DNA of 64,000 nucleotides from Spirochaetia bacterium (GCA_965198005.1 CBDAOI010000004.1:1792001-1856000); one strand, 5' to 3'. Counted from the stretch's first letter, positions 1 through 9,947 are shown. Notes: generated from the sequence alone by a model not told the origin. Numbers and translations: made by a program.

Positions 1-118
1 CCTTTTCGATGCCGAGGAGGGGGGTCCTTTTCAGTGCCGACCTGGGGTCCCTTTGAATGCCGACCCCGGGGTCCCTAAAAACGCCGAGGGGGGGGGTCAC
101 TATCACTGCCGGTTTCCA
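1..118 (-). mobile_element. IS21-family terminal region (element continues left of the window)
   Basis: Four imperfect ~23-25 bp repeats (gccga...ggggtc(c)...) ending in ...gccggtttcca. On the minus strand this reads TG-GAAACCGGCAGTGATAGTGACCCC, the multi-repeat TG...CA end architecture of IS21. Confidence 0.6.
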
Positions 119-830
119 AGCCGCTCGGGAGTCACGCGCAACGGGCGCAAGCGGGACAGCTCCTGCTGGCGACGCTGTTCTGGCGTTTCTCCGGTGGCCC
201 GGCTGAGACGCTCGTTGTTCACCTCCTTGAGCCACTGGCGCAACTGAGCCTCCAGGTCCTCGCGATCGTGGAACCGGCGCTGCTTGAAGAACGAACCTTT
301 CACGCAACCCACCAGATTCTTGACTACCCCGTAGTGTTGGGCGAAGGCGTCGAACTGGGGGTTGATGCCCGGTTCGTAGGGGTCTGAGCGACTGACCGCG
401 CTGCGCAGGTTGTCCGGGATGATCACCTCGGTGCCGCCGCCGTAGTAGTGCAGCGCCCGCTCGTTGGAGCGGGCCCAGTCCTCGCTTTGTTGCGTGGCGC
501 TGGCCTCCACATAGGTCAGTTCGCTGGCCGCGAGGATTGCCACGAACGTTTCCACCGGCTGCCCCGCGCCGCTCTCCGGGTCTCACGATGGCCAGCTTGT
601 CGCCGGCGTAGTCGACGAACAGCTTCTCCCCGGCCTTGTGGTCAATGTGCATGCCCACCTCGGTGCCCTTGCGCCAGAGGTGGAAATGATGGCAGAACTG
701 GCTGCTCTGGTAGCCGTCAGGGTGCGCGCGCTGGTACTCCTCCCAGAGCAACTGCAGCGTTACTCCCTTGCGCCGCAGCTCCTTGACCATCGTCGGAAAC
801 CGTTCGGCCAGTCGCTCATAGCGCGCGTTC
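119..830 (-). pseudogene. istA: IS21-family transposase (IstA) remnant, frameshifted and internally deleted
   Basis: Minus-strand segments ELRRKGVTLQLLWEEY...HKAGEKLFVDYAGDKL (~590-790) and FVAILAASELTYVEA...IIPDNLRSAV (103-555) lie in different frames. Confidence 0.85.
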
Positions 831-1039
831 GTCTCTGGGACGCGCGTGCTACCGCGACGTAGGGGCAGCGGCGCCCCTGCGCTGGTGGCTCATCACCAGT
901 CCAGTACTGCGGTGCCGGCGTGTGCTTCATGGGCGGCTGGAACCGGAGCCCAGTTACGGCGGAAACAGTAGGTAGGGAGAGTGATTTGCAACTGCCGCTC
1001 GATTCCATGTACGTCTACGTAAACACGAGGGGACGACAG

Positions 1040-1216
1040 ATGAGCGACCGACCGAAGCGCGGCCCACGGCCACGTAAGCAGCAATCAGATCAGCCACGGC
1101 GGGGACCTGGAAGGCCGCCGAAGCACCCTGAACTGTTCGAGCCGCTGAACGTTGATCCGCTACAGCTTGCGCGTGCGGTTCTCCGGCCGCCTAAACGTCG
1201 GCGGGGGCGCAGGTAG
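1040..1216 (+). CDS. Small basic protein (RGPGRPPK...LARAVLR), resembling passenger ORFs of IS1595-like elements
   Basis: ATG at 1040 after a gagggg RBS-like tract; AT-hook-like GRP motif; followed by a likely IS end at 1249-1269. Confidence 0.4.
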   Translation: MSDRPKRGPRPRKQQSDQPRRGPGRPPKHPELFEPLNVDPLQLARAVLRPPKRRRGRR

Positions 1217-1248
1217 AGCAGGTAGACTCGGCGGCTTGGCGCCAATGG

Positions 1249-1269
1249 TTACTTTTGTATGTAATTCCC
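1249..1269. mobile_element. Probable IS1595-like terminal repeat truncating the DUF4338 gene
   Basis: AT-rich ttacttttgtatgtaattccc abuts the point where the DUF4338 frame (..YVDRYH) is cut. Confidence 0.4.
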
Positions 1270-1954
1270 AATGGTAGCGGTCCACGTACTCGCGCCAGAG
1301 CGCCGCTTCGGCGCCCTTGGCGACTGGGCGCAGGTGCAGTTCGGACAGCCCCTGGACGCTGCCGGTGATCGGCAATTGGGGCTCTGCCTGCGGCGTGCGG
1401 CGGCGCCGCAGGCGGCCGTTGTAGCAGGCCTGCTGTGGTGGGGGTAGTTGGATCAGGCCGGCACGGTGCATGCGCAGCAGGGCGACCCGGCAACTCATAT
1501 GGGTGCGGCTCTTTTGCGACGACCACATGGTGGGTGATAGAGGCGGCTTGAGTGTGAGCGTGAGGGTGAAATGCATCGGTCGTGGACGAAAAACGGAGCA
1601 GGGACCCCCAGGGCGCCCGTCGGGCGGTGCTTCCGTAGCCGCTGACACGCCCCAACTATCAGCTGCATACGGCTCAGGCTCCCTCCGTTTGGACGTATGG
1701 TTCCGCAGCGCGGATATATGCCACGAAACGGCACGTCGGAGCGTGGCCGTACTCTCCTAAGTCATTATATAAATGTCGTCATAAAAGAGCCGCACCCAAC
1801 TCATATCCTTCAGTCCCCCGTTGGGGCGCCGCCAGTCGAGCCGTTCGCAGACCAGCCGCGACAGGGCCAGCCGATGGTGGCCGGATGCTCGGCCATGAGG
1901 CTGCGGATCAACTCCAGCTCCTGCGCGCTGAAGGTGCGGCCCGCAGTAGCGCAC
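1270..1954 (-). pseudogene. DUF4338-like (IS66-associated, DruA-like domain) gene interrupted by a MITE and truncated
   Basis: MRYCG...RLALSRLVCERLDWRRPNGGLKDMS joins CRVALLRMHRAGLIQLPP...LWREYVDRYH once 1501-1806 is removed. Confidence 0.7.
1501..1797. mobile_element. 297-bp non-autonomous MITE, 23-bp TIRs, 9-bp target-site duplication
   Basis: Left end gggtgcggctcttttgcgacgac; right end gtcgtcataaaagagccgcaccc (2 mismatches). AACTCATAT is duplicated at 1492-1500 and 1798-1806. Confidence 0.92.
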
Positions 1955-1959
1955 CAGCG

Positions 1960-2400
1960 TCAGGCGGCGCGCTGCGGGGCAGCCCCTGGCGGGGCTGGCG
2001 CGGCGCGCGGCGCTTGCCCGTCGCGGCGGTTCCAGGGCAGGAAGCGCTCAAAGTCCTCCGGCACCCGACTGCCGGCGGCGGCGCATGCATTCAGGTACTC
2101 GGTCAGCCAAATGCGCGGGTTGATCTGCCACAACTCGAGCGTGTGGAACAGGCTGAACAGCGTGGCGGTCAACTCACCGCTCCAGGTCGCCCCCGAGCCG
2201 TAGTAGTTCTTGCGCCCCACCACCGGCCCACGCAACGCGCGTTCGGCCTGATTGTTGTCCATCGGGATAGCGGGCTGGTCGACGAACCGGATCAGCCCTG
2301 ACCAGTGGTTGCGCAGACTGGTAAGCACTTTCTTGCGTGCCTGCGGCAGCCGCGGCTGCGCCAACTCGCGCTCCAACCGCTGCGCCGAGAGGCAGCATGC
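1960..2400 (-). pseudogene. IS66-family transposase C-terminal fragment
   Basis: NHWSGLIRFVDQPAIPMDNNQAERALRGPVVGRKNYYGS...INPRIWL...FLPW. Confidence 0.9.
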
Positions 2401-2884
2401 AGCAGCGCGCCCTGTGGGAACCGAATCCATATCCGCTGAAAAACGCTTCGCGACCCTCGCCGCTGACATCTTGACCGACTCTTGGGCGAGATGGTGGCAA
2501 CGGGCCGTCGTCTACACTTGGCGAAGGCCGAAGAGCTCTCCGCTCATCGGGAGGCCTTCGCCCAACGCCAGTGCCCTCGAGGCGAAGCTATGTCTAAGGT
2601 CAATACTGTTGCTTTAATCTTAAACCATTCTTCCGCACGGTTGCCGAATCAGAAACAGGCCACATCGTGGTTAACATATACATATCCCGCCGACGGAGCT
2701 TGACACACCTATCTTTAGTATGGTAGGATGATCAACTGGACATCATAACAAATGGAATTCGCGCGATCGACACCGTCACGTTCGTCCTCAACACGGTATT
2801 TTGCGCGAGCTGGAGTCAGCATCACGATATCTGTTTCTTTCGCAATCGCCTGGGCATCAGTCGTAGGCATCCCCGCCGTACGAT

Positions 2885-3015
2885 GGGTGTTTCTCCAGCG
2901 TCAGACAGACATCGTCGTTCAGGACGTGACTCCGGTATGTGGTCAGCAGGCCTCGTCCAGGCGAACGGCTTCGAATCGTCATCGCTGGTCAATCACTTCC
3001 GACACAGGACACTAG
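2885..3015 (-). mobile_element. IS630-family relic (terminal repeat fused to transposase C-terminal peptide)
   Basis: Minus strand CTAGTGTCCTGTGTCGGAAGT is followed directly by DDSKPFAWTRPADHI; a similar end lies at 12833. Confidence 0.55.
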
Positions 3016-3240
3016 TTTGCGCCTTCCAGTAGGTCGCGTGGTTTGGTCGCTACGTCAATTGGTTGCCGGAGCTGCTGGGCTCGACGAATGCGAGCCTAAC
3101 CCCGTCGACGCCGTCTCATGGCACGGTGACAACACCCGCGCCCGATGTCTCTCCGTAAGCCCTAGCCTCTCCCCACTACTCCTGTTGCGTTGCGCGCGCC
3201 CAGCCGAGGTTGGTTGCACGAAGTTATCCTCCTGGTATCC

Positions 3241-3319
3241 GCCCCGGGGCATGTACGCGTCGCTCCCAGTCCGTGACTGGCCATCATGAGTGACGGCGAT
3301 TCCCTGGGGCCTTTTTTTG
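3241..3319 (+). ncRNA. Putative structured RNA (nested stems + U-tract) upstream of NYN gene
   Basis: gccccgggg(3241-3249)/ccctggggc(3302-3310), cgtcgctc/gagtgacg, ccagtc/gactgg, then ttttttt. Confidence 0.5.
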
Positions 3320-3341
3320 TCTCGGTCGGGAGTGAATCCGG

Positions 3342-3646
3342 ATGACTAAAGCTGCGATCCTCATTGACGGGGGCTACTTCCTGAAGCGGCTGCCGGCTGT
3401 CCGGAAGGGCATCGATACAACCGACGTCGGGGCAGTCTCCTCGTCGATTGAGCAGCTGATCGAGGGCATCTGCGTCAACTGAACGAAGTCGAAAAGGTCT
3501 CGAACTGCTTTGAGCTGTTGTATCGCAGCTTCTACTATGACGCTCGGCCGTATAACCAGAAGGCGCACTCGGCAATCACCAAAGGGGGCAATCAACTACT
3601 CCAAATCGCACGAAGCAACTTTTCGTACCGGACTGTTCGACGCGCG
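3342..3646 (+). pseudogene. NYN/LabA-DUF88 family RNase, frameshifted and truncated
   Basis: MTKAAILIDGGYFLKR... then, in a shifted frame, ELLYRSFYYDARPY; cut by an IS1595 fragment. Confidence 0.75.
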
Positions 3647-3790
3647 CAGCCGATGCAGCATGGTCGATGCCGTCTGGTAGGAGCCGATCTCCAGCGTCCG
3701 CTTCAGGCTCAGCGCCGAAATCCCATCCTTGCCGGTGGCAAACAGCCAGCAGGCAGTGAACCACACCGTCAACGGCCTTCGTGTGCGGTC
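3647..3790 (-). pseudogene. IS1595-family transposase internal fragment
   Basis: PLTVWFTACWLFATGKDGISALSLKRTLEIGSYQTASTMLHRL. Confidence 0.8.
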
Positions 3791-4075
3791 GAGCTTGAGC
3801 CCTCAGGTCGTGTCCTCGATCCGCGCCAGCGTCGTACGGGCCTCCTTGATGTCCACGCGGAGCACCGCCAGGGCCTTGATCTGCTGCTTGATGGTCGTCC
3901 GCCAAAGGCCGCCGTCTCGGGATGGCGCATCTTCTCGCGGCTCGGACCGGGTTCGAGGCCGATCGGAGCGGGACAGCGGCCGGTCGGCGCGCCGAACCGG
4001 GTACGACCGCTGGGGTGAGGGCGGCTGCCGGGGGTGGCGGACGCCGACGGCGGGTCGGCCGCCTTGAGGGCGGCT

Positions 4076-4960
4076 CTATGCACTGCGCTCGACATAGTCC
4101 GCCGTCTCGGATGCGTGAACGACCGGCTTTCCCATAGCCTTCTCGACAAGTCGACTCAATCGCCTACGACGGTCTTCTACGAAGTCGTCGAACGCGTCCC
4201 GCCGCAGCAGATCCGGCGCTAGCGCGTGGCTAGCCAACAACTCATCCATCTCGCTGTCGTTCAGGGCGACGTGATCCGCCCCTTGAAGCCTCGGCAGGTA
4301 GCGAGACGGCGCTTCACCGCCTATCTTGCGGTTCGCCTTGTAGGAGATGGGCGTCTTATTCAGGATGCTGTCGTACCGATCCCTCTCAATTCTCCGGTCC
4401 GGTTTTTCACACCAGTCCCGCGGGAAGATATGGTGGATGTCGAGGGCAATCTCGTCAGTATCCAGCTCCTTAATTGTAGCCTTCCAAACCAATCGTCATG
4501 CAGGTTGTAGCCGTCTGCCGCGTAGCTAGCCGTGACCAATTCGAATACCGAGAGCGCCACCCCGCCAGTGTTCACCTTCTCGAAGACCAAGCAGACTGCC
4601 TCTTTGGCGGTCGCTTTCCTTAGCTGGATGACGGGAATCTGGTACGTGCGAAACGCAACGAGCACTTGTTTGCGAAACTCCATGAAGGTGGGGAACTGAG
4701 CCGGTGCTACCCTGAACAAGATGCTTTCCCAATCGTCGGAGTTCATAATCTGGCTGCAGGGGAAGTGCAGGTGCTGGCATTCCAGTTCAGTCGTGGACAG
4801 GTCCAACTCTACCTTGCGGCCAAAATCGCTTCGCAGTTGTCGATTCTCATCTACAGCCACAACAGCGTCGTCCAGCAAATCTGGCGCGGCCACTACCGTC
4901 TGAATGTCGAAGTAGTAACGGCGCTTGATCTTTTTGCCCTGTGCGCTGTCGGTGGCCGGC
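4076..4960 (-). pseudogene. GmrSD-like (DUF262 + DUF1524/HNH) nuclease, middle and C-terminal parts with internal deletion
   Basis: AVCLVFEKVNTGGVALSVFELVTA (DUF262 end); DIHHIFP...SILNKTPISYKANRKIGG (HNH-type). Confidence 0.8.
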
Positions 4961-4973
4961 CAGGAATTGAGGT

Positions 4974-5187
4974 ATGAGCACGTTTGACAGCACAAAGGCT
5001 TCGCTGAGCGATCTCCTTCGCGAGATCGACGAAGGCAAGATCCAGTTGCCGAACTTCCAGCGCGGCTGGATATGGGACGATGACCATATTCGCGATCTAC
5101 TGGTGAGCATCGCCCGATCTTTCCCGATCGGTGCGGTAATGCTCCTTGAGGCCGGCGGTGAGGTCCGCTTTCAGACACGACCAGTGG
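4974..5187 (+). pseudogene. GmrSD-like DUF262 N-terminal fragment (opposite strand to the rest)
   Basis: MSTFDSTK...GKIQLPNFQRGWIW...SFPIGAVMLLE. Confidence 0.85.
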
Positions 5188-5339
5188 GAGCCGGGAGGCT
5201 TGTCTCGGTTACCACGGAGTCGGTGCGGGTTGCTGTGCAGCGCCACATGATGAAGACGGCTGCGACGATTGTGTCGGTAAGTAATTCTATAACAAGTAGT
5301 TACAGCTTCATGTGCGAATCTTAGGAGCGCTTTTTCGTT

Positions 5340-5488
5340 ATGGATGAGCAGTGGGGCGAGAGCTACGGGGCAGCCGGGAAGCGAGCGCTGCCGGTGTTGA
5401 CGGAGGATCTGGAGGTGGTGCGGGAGGATATTGCGGTCTGGGGGTATGCGCTGATCGCGAACGCGCTGACGGGGGAGGAGGTGCGGGG
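5340..5488 (+). pseudogene. Phytanoyl-CoA dioxygenase (PhyH) family gene, 5' exon/fragment 1
   Basis: LTEDLEVVREDIAVWGYALIANALTGEEVR; interrupted by the group II intron. Confidence 0.7.
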
Positions 5489-7408
5489 GTGCGAGCGCCA
5501 GGCTAACTGGCATATGACAGAGGGTGAAAGTCCCTCGGAACGAAGGAGCAGCCAATCCACGTTTCTCCGCGAGCCGTGCGTTGGCACCTGCGAGGGTGCA
5601 GGCGAAGCGTCGGCAGCGGTGCGTGCGGGCAGAGTTATGGAGCGCCGCAAAATACGACATCTGGAGTGCCGAGACTCTGTACTCGGTCGAAGGCAACACC
5701 GGTCGAGCCAGTATGGTGAGGATCGACCGGGCTCCACGGCGTCGAAGAACTCAGGCACGTGCGTACGTCATATACCGGGACCTGGGAGGTCTTCGGGTCG
5801 TCCCGGCGAGTCGTCGCCGGGACCGCGGAGGGAAGGCGTGAGGCTGGACCAAAGATGAACGACCCGAAGGAGTCGGACATGGGCATAGTAGCGGCGAAGC
5901 CGGCGAACAAGGGAGCGCAAGCGACTGCGGAGACGGTGGAGCGAAGGCCCATGACCAACGGGAATCCGCAAGGTCAAAGCACGGGCCGGACGCAGAGTCG
6001 GGCAACCGTGACACAGGCGGCCGAGCGGATACGGCAATTCGTAAAGAGAGAACCGCAGGAGAAACTCACTGCGCTGCTGCACCACGTGACGCCGGAAGCG
6101 CTGCGGGTGGCCTATTACGCGCTGAAGCGTGAAGCGGCCCCGGGGGTGGACGGGATGACGTGGCGGGAGTACGAGACGGGGTTGGAAGTGCGCTTGCACG
6201 ACCTGCACCGGAGAGTACACACAGGAGCGTACCGAGCGACCCCGGTACGGCGGGTCAACATCGACAAGCCGGACGGAGGCACACGACCGCTGGGGGTGGC
6301 CGCGCTGGAGGACAAGATCGTCCAGAAGGCCGTGGTGGATGTGATCCTGACACCGATCTATGAGGAGGAATTTCTCGGGATCAGCTATGGGTTTCGACCG
6401 GGGCGCGGGGCACACGATGCGTTGGACGCACTGGCCTACGCCATCGAACGGCGCGAAGTGAACTGGATATTGGACGCGGACATTCGCGCCTACTTCGACA
6501 CGATCTCGCGGGACTGGTTGATCAGATTCCTGGAGCATCGGATTGGAGATCGGCGGGTGCTGCGGCTGATAAAGAAGTGGCTGCGCGCTGGGGTACTGGA
6601 AGAAGGCCGACAGATCGACGCGGGGCGGGGTACAGCGCAAGGGTCGGTGATTTCACCGATGCTCGCGAATATATACTTGCACTACGTGTTGGACCTGTGG
6701 GTCACCAAGAAGTGGCGGCCGCAGGAGGCGCGCGGAGACATGATCATAGTGCGCTACGCAGATGACTATGTCGCCGGGTTCGAGCATCGTGACGATGCGG
6801 AACGCTTCCTGCGGGAACTGAAGGAGCGATTCAGAGGCTTCGAGCTGGAACTGAACGCCGACAAGACCCGACTCCTCGAGTTTGGACGGTATGCCGAAAG
6901 GAACCGCCGAGCACGTGGGGAAGGGCGACCGGAGACGTTCGACTTTCTGGGTTTCACGCATTATTGCAGGAAGGACAGGAAAGGACGCTTCGGGCTGGGG
7001 CGGAAGCCAATTCGGAAGCGGATGAATCGTACGCTGAAGAGGATCAAGATCGAGCTCCGCAGACGAATGCATGATGACGTGATGGAAACCGGGCGCTGGC
7101 TGGGACGGGTACTGCGCGGATGGCTCAACTACTACGCGGTACCCACCAGCTACCGCTATCTGCACCGATTCGTGTGGCGTCTGCGAGGAATCTGGGTAAA
7201 GATTCTACGCCGGAGGTCCCAGAAGGACCGATTCTCCTGGGCTTGGATGCTGGCGATCAGCATCAAGCTGTGGCCCCAACCCCGAATCGTACACTCATGG
7301 CCGGACCGGCGATTTGCCGTCAACCACCGAAGGTAGGAGCCGGATGGTTTAACGACCACGTCCGGATCTGTGCGGGGGGCGCCGGGTAACCGGCGTTCCT
7401 ACCGCGCC
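5489..7408 (+). mobile_element. Group II intron (resembles bacterial class E)
   Basis: 5' GTGCG at 5489; domain V gagccggatgg...cacgtccggatctgtgcgggg and domain VI ...cctaccgcg after the ORF; encodes RT/maturase. 3' boundary uncertain by +/-1 nt. Confidence 0.88.
5855..7336 (+). CDS. ltrA: Group II intron reverse transcriptase/maturase, no endonuclease domain
   Basis: APGVDG, KPDGGTRPLG, SYGFRPGRGAHDA, GTAQGSVISPMLANIYLH, YADD, FDFLGFTH, GWLNYY. Confidence 0.96.
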   Translation: MNDPKESDMGIVAAKPANKGAQATAETVERRPMTNGNPQGQSTGRTQSRATVTQAAERIRQFVKREPQEKLTALLHHVTPEALRVAYYALKREAAPGVDGMTWREYETGLEVRLHDLHRRVHTGAYRATPVRRVNIDKPDGGTRPLGVAALEDKIVQKAVVDVILTPIYEEEFLGISYGFRPGRGAHDALDALAYAIERREVNWILDADIRAYFDTISRDWLIRFLEHRIGDRRVLRLIKKWLRAGVLEEGRQIDAGRGTAQGSVISPMLANIYLHYVLDLWVTKKWRPQEARGDMIIVRYADDYVAGFEHRDDAERFLRELKERFRGFELELNADKTRLLEFGRYAERNRRARGEGRPETFDFLGFTHYCRKDRKGRFGLGRKPIRKRMNRTLKRIKIELRRRMHDDVMETGRWLGRVLRGWLNYYAVPTSYRYLHRFVWRLRGIWVKILRRRSQKDRFSWAWMLAISIKLWPQPRIVHSWPDRRFAVNHRR

Positions 7409-7507
7409 CGGGAGCGGTTGCGGTCGCAGGCGGCGGCGGAGGAGGCGGCCGGAACCGAGCACTTCGATAACGGGGAGCTGACGCTGAATCAGCGGGTGTG
7501 GAATCTG
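7409..7507 (+). pseudogene. PhyH-family fragment 2 (3' exon start)
   Basis: RERLRSQAAAEEAAG...NQRVWNL, then an abrupt switch to lower-GC DNA. Confidence 0.65.
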
Positions 7508-7511
7508 TATG

Positions 7512-7976
7512 TCAGCGCGGTCGATAAGGAATCTCTGACACACGTATTCTGACCACGTTGGGTGCCAGACCCTGAGATTCCAGCAGCCGCTCAAGCGCTT
7601 GTTTAGCGTCACGTCGCTTGGGTACATTGGAACCTATGGTGATCTGACTATTTGACGTAAGAATGGACTTACACATGAGTTCTTGGATCTGCATATATCT
7701 GCGCACAAGGCCGTATTGAACGTGCATGCCGCGACGAAGCTTCAACTCGTTTCCGTCAATAGCGTCTTCTCTCGCATCAAACGCCACCGCTCGGAATTCG
7801 CGCTCCATTTCATAATGTGATCGTTTGTGGGCGAGATGCAACGGAAAATCGTGCTCCACGGAGGTGCGATCAATAGGGGTTCTACGCAGATCCTTCAGAA
7901 GGTCAGCCGCGCAACTGGCGATTTCCGTCGCCTCGCGCCGCAATTGTGTCAAGCTACTAGATGATTCACGATTCAT
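7512..7976 (-). pseudogene. DUF2971-like protein C-terminal part
   Basis: HKRSHYEMEREFR and terminal SEIPYR motifs; no convincing N-terminus. Confidence 0.45.
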
Positions 7977-8109
7977 GATGCATTGGTGTCAAGAAGCAGC
8001 CAAGTGGGTTCGCCAAGATTCCCTCGACTGCTCCGAGCGTGAACGTCGCAATACGGTTTGCAAACATAGCTAAGCTAGTTGAAGAACGTCTCAGCTACTC
8101 GGCCAATCT

Positions 8110-8270
8110 TTCCGCGTAGTTCAAGTTCTCCTGCGACCAGCGCGAGAACATGGAGCCGGCGACCTGTCCAAGGGCAGCTGCGGGTGGGTGGTGATCACTG
8201 GCACTTGGCGACCGTTGGCGAGCCGGCGCCGGATCTGGCGGACTGTGAGCCCGTTGCGCAGTAACCATCG
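8110..8270 (-). pseudogene. DDE transposase fragment
   Basis: VRQIRRRLANGRQVPVITTH (frameshift) QVAGSMFSRWSQEN. Confidence 0.55.
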
Positions 8271-8364
8271 GTTGCTCGCCCCCGATGGGCGGGAAAGACC
8301 ACTTGACCCCATAGTCAGAACATCTTACCTTTAGAGCAAGGTCCTTTCTGGGGAGGTGATGTGC

Positions 8365-8520
8365 ATGCCATCGACTGGACAAAAGAGTACGCAGTCCGGG
8401 ATCTATCGTCCCGACTGCGGATGCAGTACCGAGATTGCGCTTAGCAACCGCGAGACGTTCCCGCCTTGTCGGGCTTGCGGACGCGCCGTCAACTGGACTC
8501 TCGTGCGTCCAACGCGGTAG
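8365..8520 (+). CDS. YjzC-like small zinc-ribbon protein (51 aa, below the ORF-track cutoff)
   Basis: GGAGGTG RBS; MPSTGQKSTQSGIYRPDCGC...ETFPPCRAC...VNWTLV. Confidence 0.75.
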   Translation: MPSTGQKSTQSGIYRPDCGCSTEIALSNRETFPPCRACGRAVNWTLVRPTR

Positions 8521-8914
8521 CTGAAGGGTTGCCGCTCACGACTTCATCATGAGCGGCAACCGCATCTTCAGAATATCCCAACAATAACCCGAGCAGCCTG
8601 TGATGATGAGGGTCGGGAACGTTGCAAAGCATCCACTTCAACGTGTCTACGACCCACCACCGGCTGGCAAACCCCGCGTGCGCCCGTTCCTTTCCGCGCA
8701 GCACAAAGGGGATAGGAACCAGTTGCGAGGTGCCGAAGCTGAATGAGCTTAGACGCTCGTACATCCGCGACATGGCGACAGGTTCAGCTTCGACAGTTCC
8801 AACCAGGGCCAATGGTCTGACGCCACGCGACACCAAGTACCCGTTTTCGTAAATCACGGAGTTGCTGATGGCTACGGGCATTAGTGAAGCGTCTACTCCC
8901 TCGCCGGGCTTCAA
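8489..8914 (-). CDS. Hypothetical protein
   Basis: Open frame with protein-like composition (RPLAL...GLLLGYS); convergent with the YjzC-like gene. Confidence 0.5.
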   Translation of the reverse strand: MKPGEGVDASLMPVAISNSVIYENGYLVSRGVRPLALVGTVEAEPVAMSRMYERLSSFSFGTSQLVPIPFVLRGKERAHAGFASRWWVVDTLKWMLCNVPDPHHHRLLGLLLGYSEDAVAAHDEVVSGNPSATALDARESS

Positions 8915-8937
8915 TGAGGCCCGCCCCGGATGGCGGC

Positions 8938-9204
8938 TTATGGTAAGAAGCTTCGAATCAAAGCAGTGATCGCTGTTGCAAGAATGGTGGAAATGGAGAT
9001 TGAAATAATCAACATTCTACCTAGAACGTACGCTTTGGTGGCGTAATGCTTATCCACTTCATCTCTCAGTCGATCCGTCTCACTAGCTTGTTGGCTAGAA
9101 ATCGCCTCCACCTCTTTTTGGGCCCAGCGATCGTTCTGGATATTTTGCGTAACCCTGGCGCTTATGTTCGCTATACGTTCAATTTCTCTATCGTCCACGT
9201 TCAC
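8938..9204 (-). CDS. Small protein with C-terminal transmembrane helix, coupled to Panacea gene
   Basis: Overlaps the end of the upstream gene; hydrophobic tail MLIISISISTILATAITALI. Confidence 0.6.
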   Translation of the reverse strand: MNVDDREIERIANISARVTQNIQNDRWAQKEVEAISSQQASETDRLRDEVDKHYATKAYVLGRMLIISISISTILATAITALIRSFLP

Positions 9205-9694
9205 GAAATCGCCTCCCGTCCCCCAACAAATCGACGTAGTAGTCTCGGATCAACTTATTGGGAATCACCGCACCTTCACCAGCCGCCTTTACAGTTCTGT
9301 CCCAAGGCGTCCCAGGAGCATGTGTCATAGACGATAGTTGAATTCCGGAATACTTGACATGAGCTTTAGTAAACACCGAAATAAGGTGTTGTTCAGAGTC
9401 AGAAAGATTGGCTTGGTGCGTCGCCGTAAGTTGAATTGAACGATTTCCGAATCTCTTGAAGGTGTGGTATACGGTCGGTACCACTGGACCATACCGCCAA
9501 GCCTCCACAGGCTCGTCAAGAAGAGGCTCGTCAAGCGCCCACAGATGCCCTCCATGACAAATATAGACTAACTTGATTAATTGCATGGGCGTTGTTTCAA
9601 TCTGCTGGCGCAACGCGAGAATGTGATGAGACACAAGCAACGACTTTGCTCCAACATCCGGGATGTTGGCGATCCAGGATGCTCTCAATGGCAT
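9188..9694 (-). CDS. Panacea/SocA (DUF4065) antitoxin
   Basis: TPMQLIKLVY, VEAWRYGPVVPTVY, LSSMTHAPGTPW. Confidence 0.88.
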   Translation of the reverse strand: MPLRASWIANIPDVGAKSLLVSHHILALRQQIETTPMQLIKLVYICHGGHLWALDEPLLDEPVEAWRYGPVVPTVYHTFKRFGNRSIQLTATHQANLSDSEQHLISVFTKAHVKYSGIQLSSMTHAPGTPWDRTVKAAGEGAVIPNKLIRDYYVDLLGDGRRFRERGR

Positions 9695-9947
9695 TTTCTT
9701 TCTCCTCTCTAATTGATTGTTGGGCTGGACGCGCGTCACGCCGCGCTCACTTATTCCTCTGACCTCCTCAAGCGGCTTCTACCCGCCTCGCCCACGTAGC
9801 AGGGTGTATTTTTAGTCTAACGGCATCGTGGGCTGAGGATCAAACTTCGTATATTCCAGTGCCCTCACTTATGGCTGCCTCCTCACACGCCACAGTATGG
9901 CGGGACCTATCTTATCTTACGGCCAATCGTGGCGTATGGCCAAACAA

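Noticed and set aside
1-118. Short periodic repeats as a CRISPR array
   Set aside because: The units are adjacent without unique spacers and end in an IS21-like terminus; no cas genes are seen in the window.
1270-1954. Druantia defence system
   Set aside because: An isolated, broken DUF4338 gene beside an IS66 transposase, with no DruE-type helicase.
2400-2880. Degenerate coding remnants
   Set aside because: Short protein-like stretches without a recognisable motif; they cannot be assigned.
5855-7336. RT as a retron, DGR or defence RT
   Set aside because: It has a maturase domain, a 5' GTGCG and domains V/VI, all typical of a group II intron.
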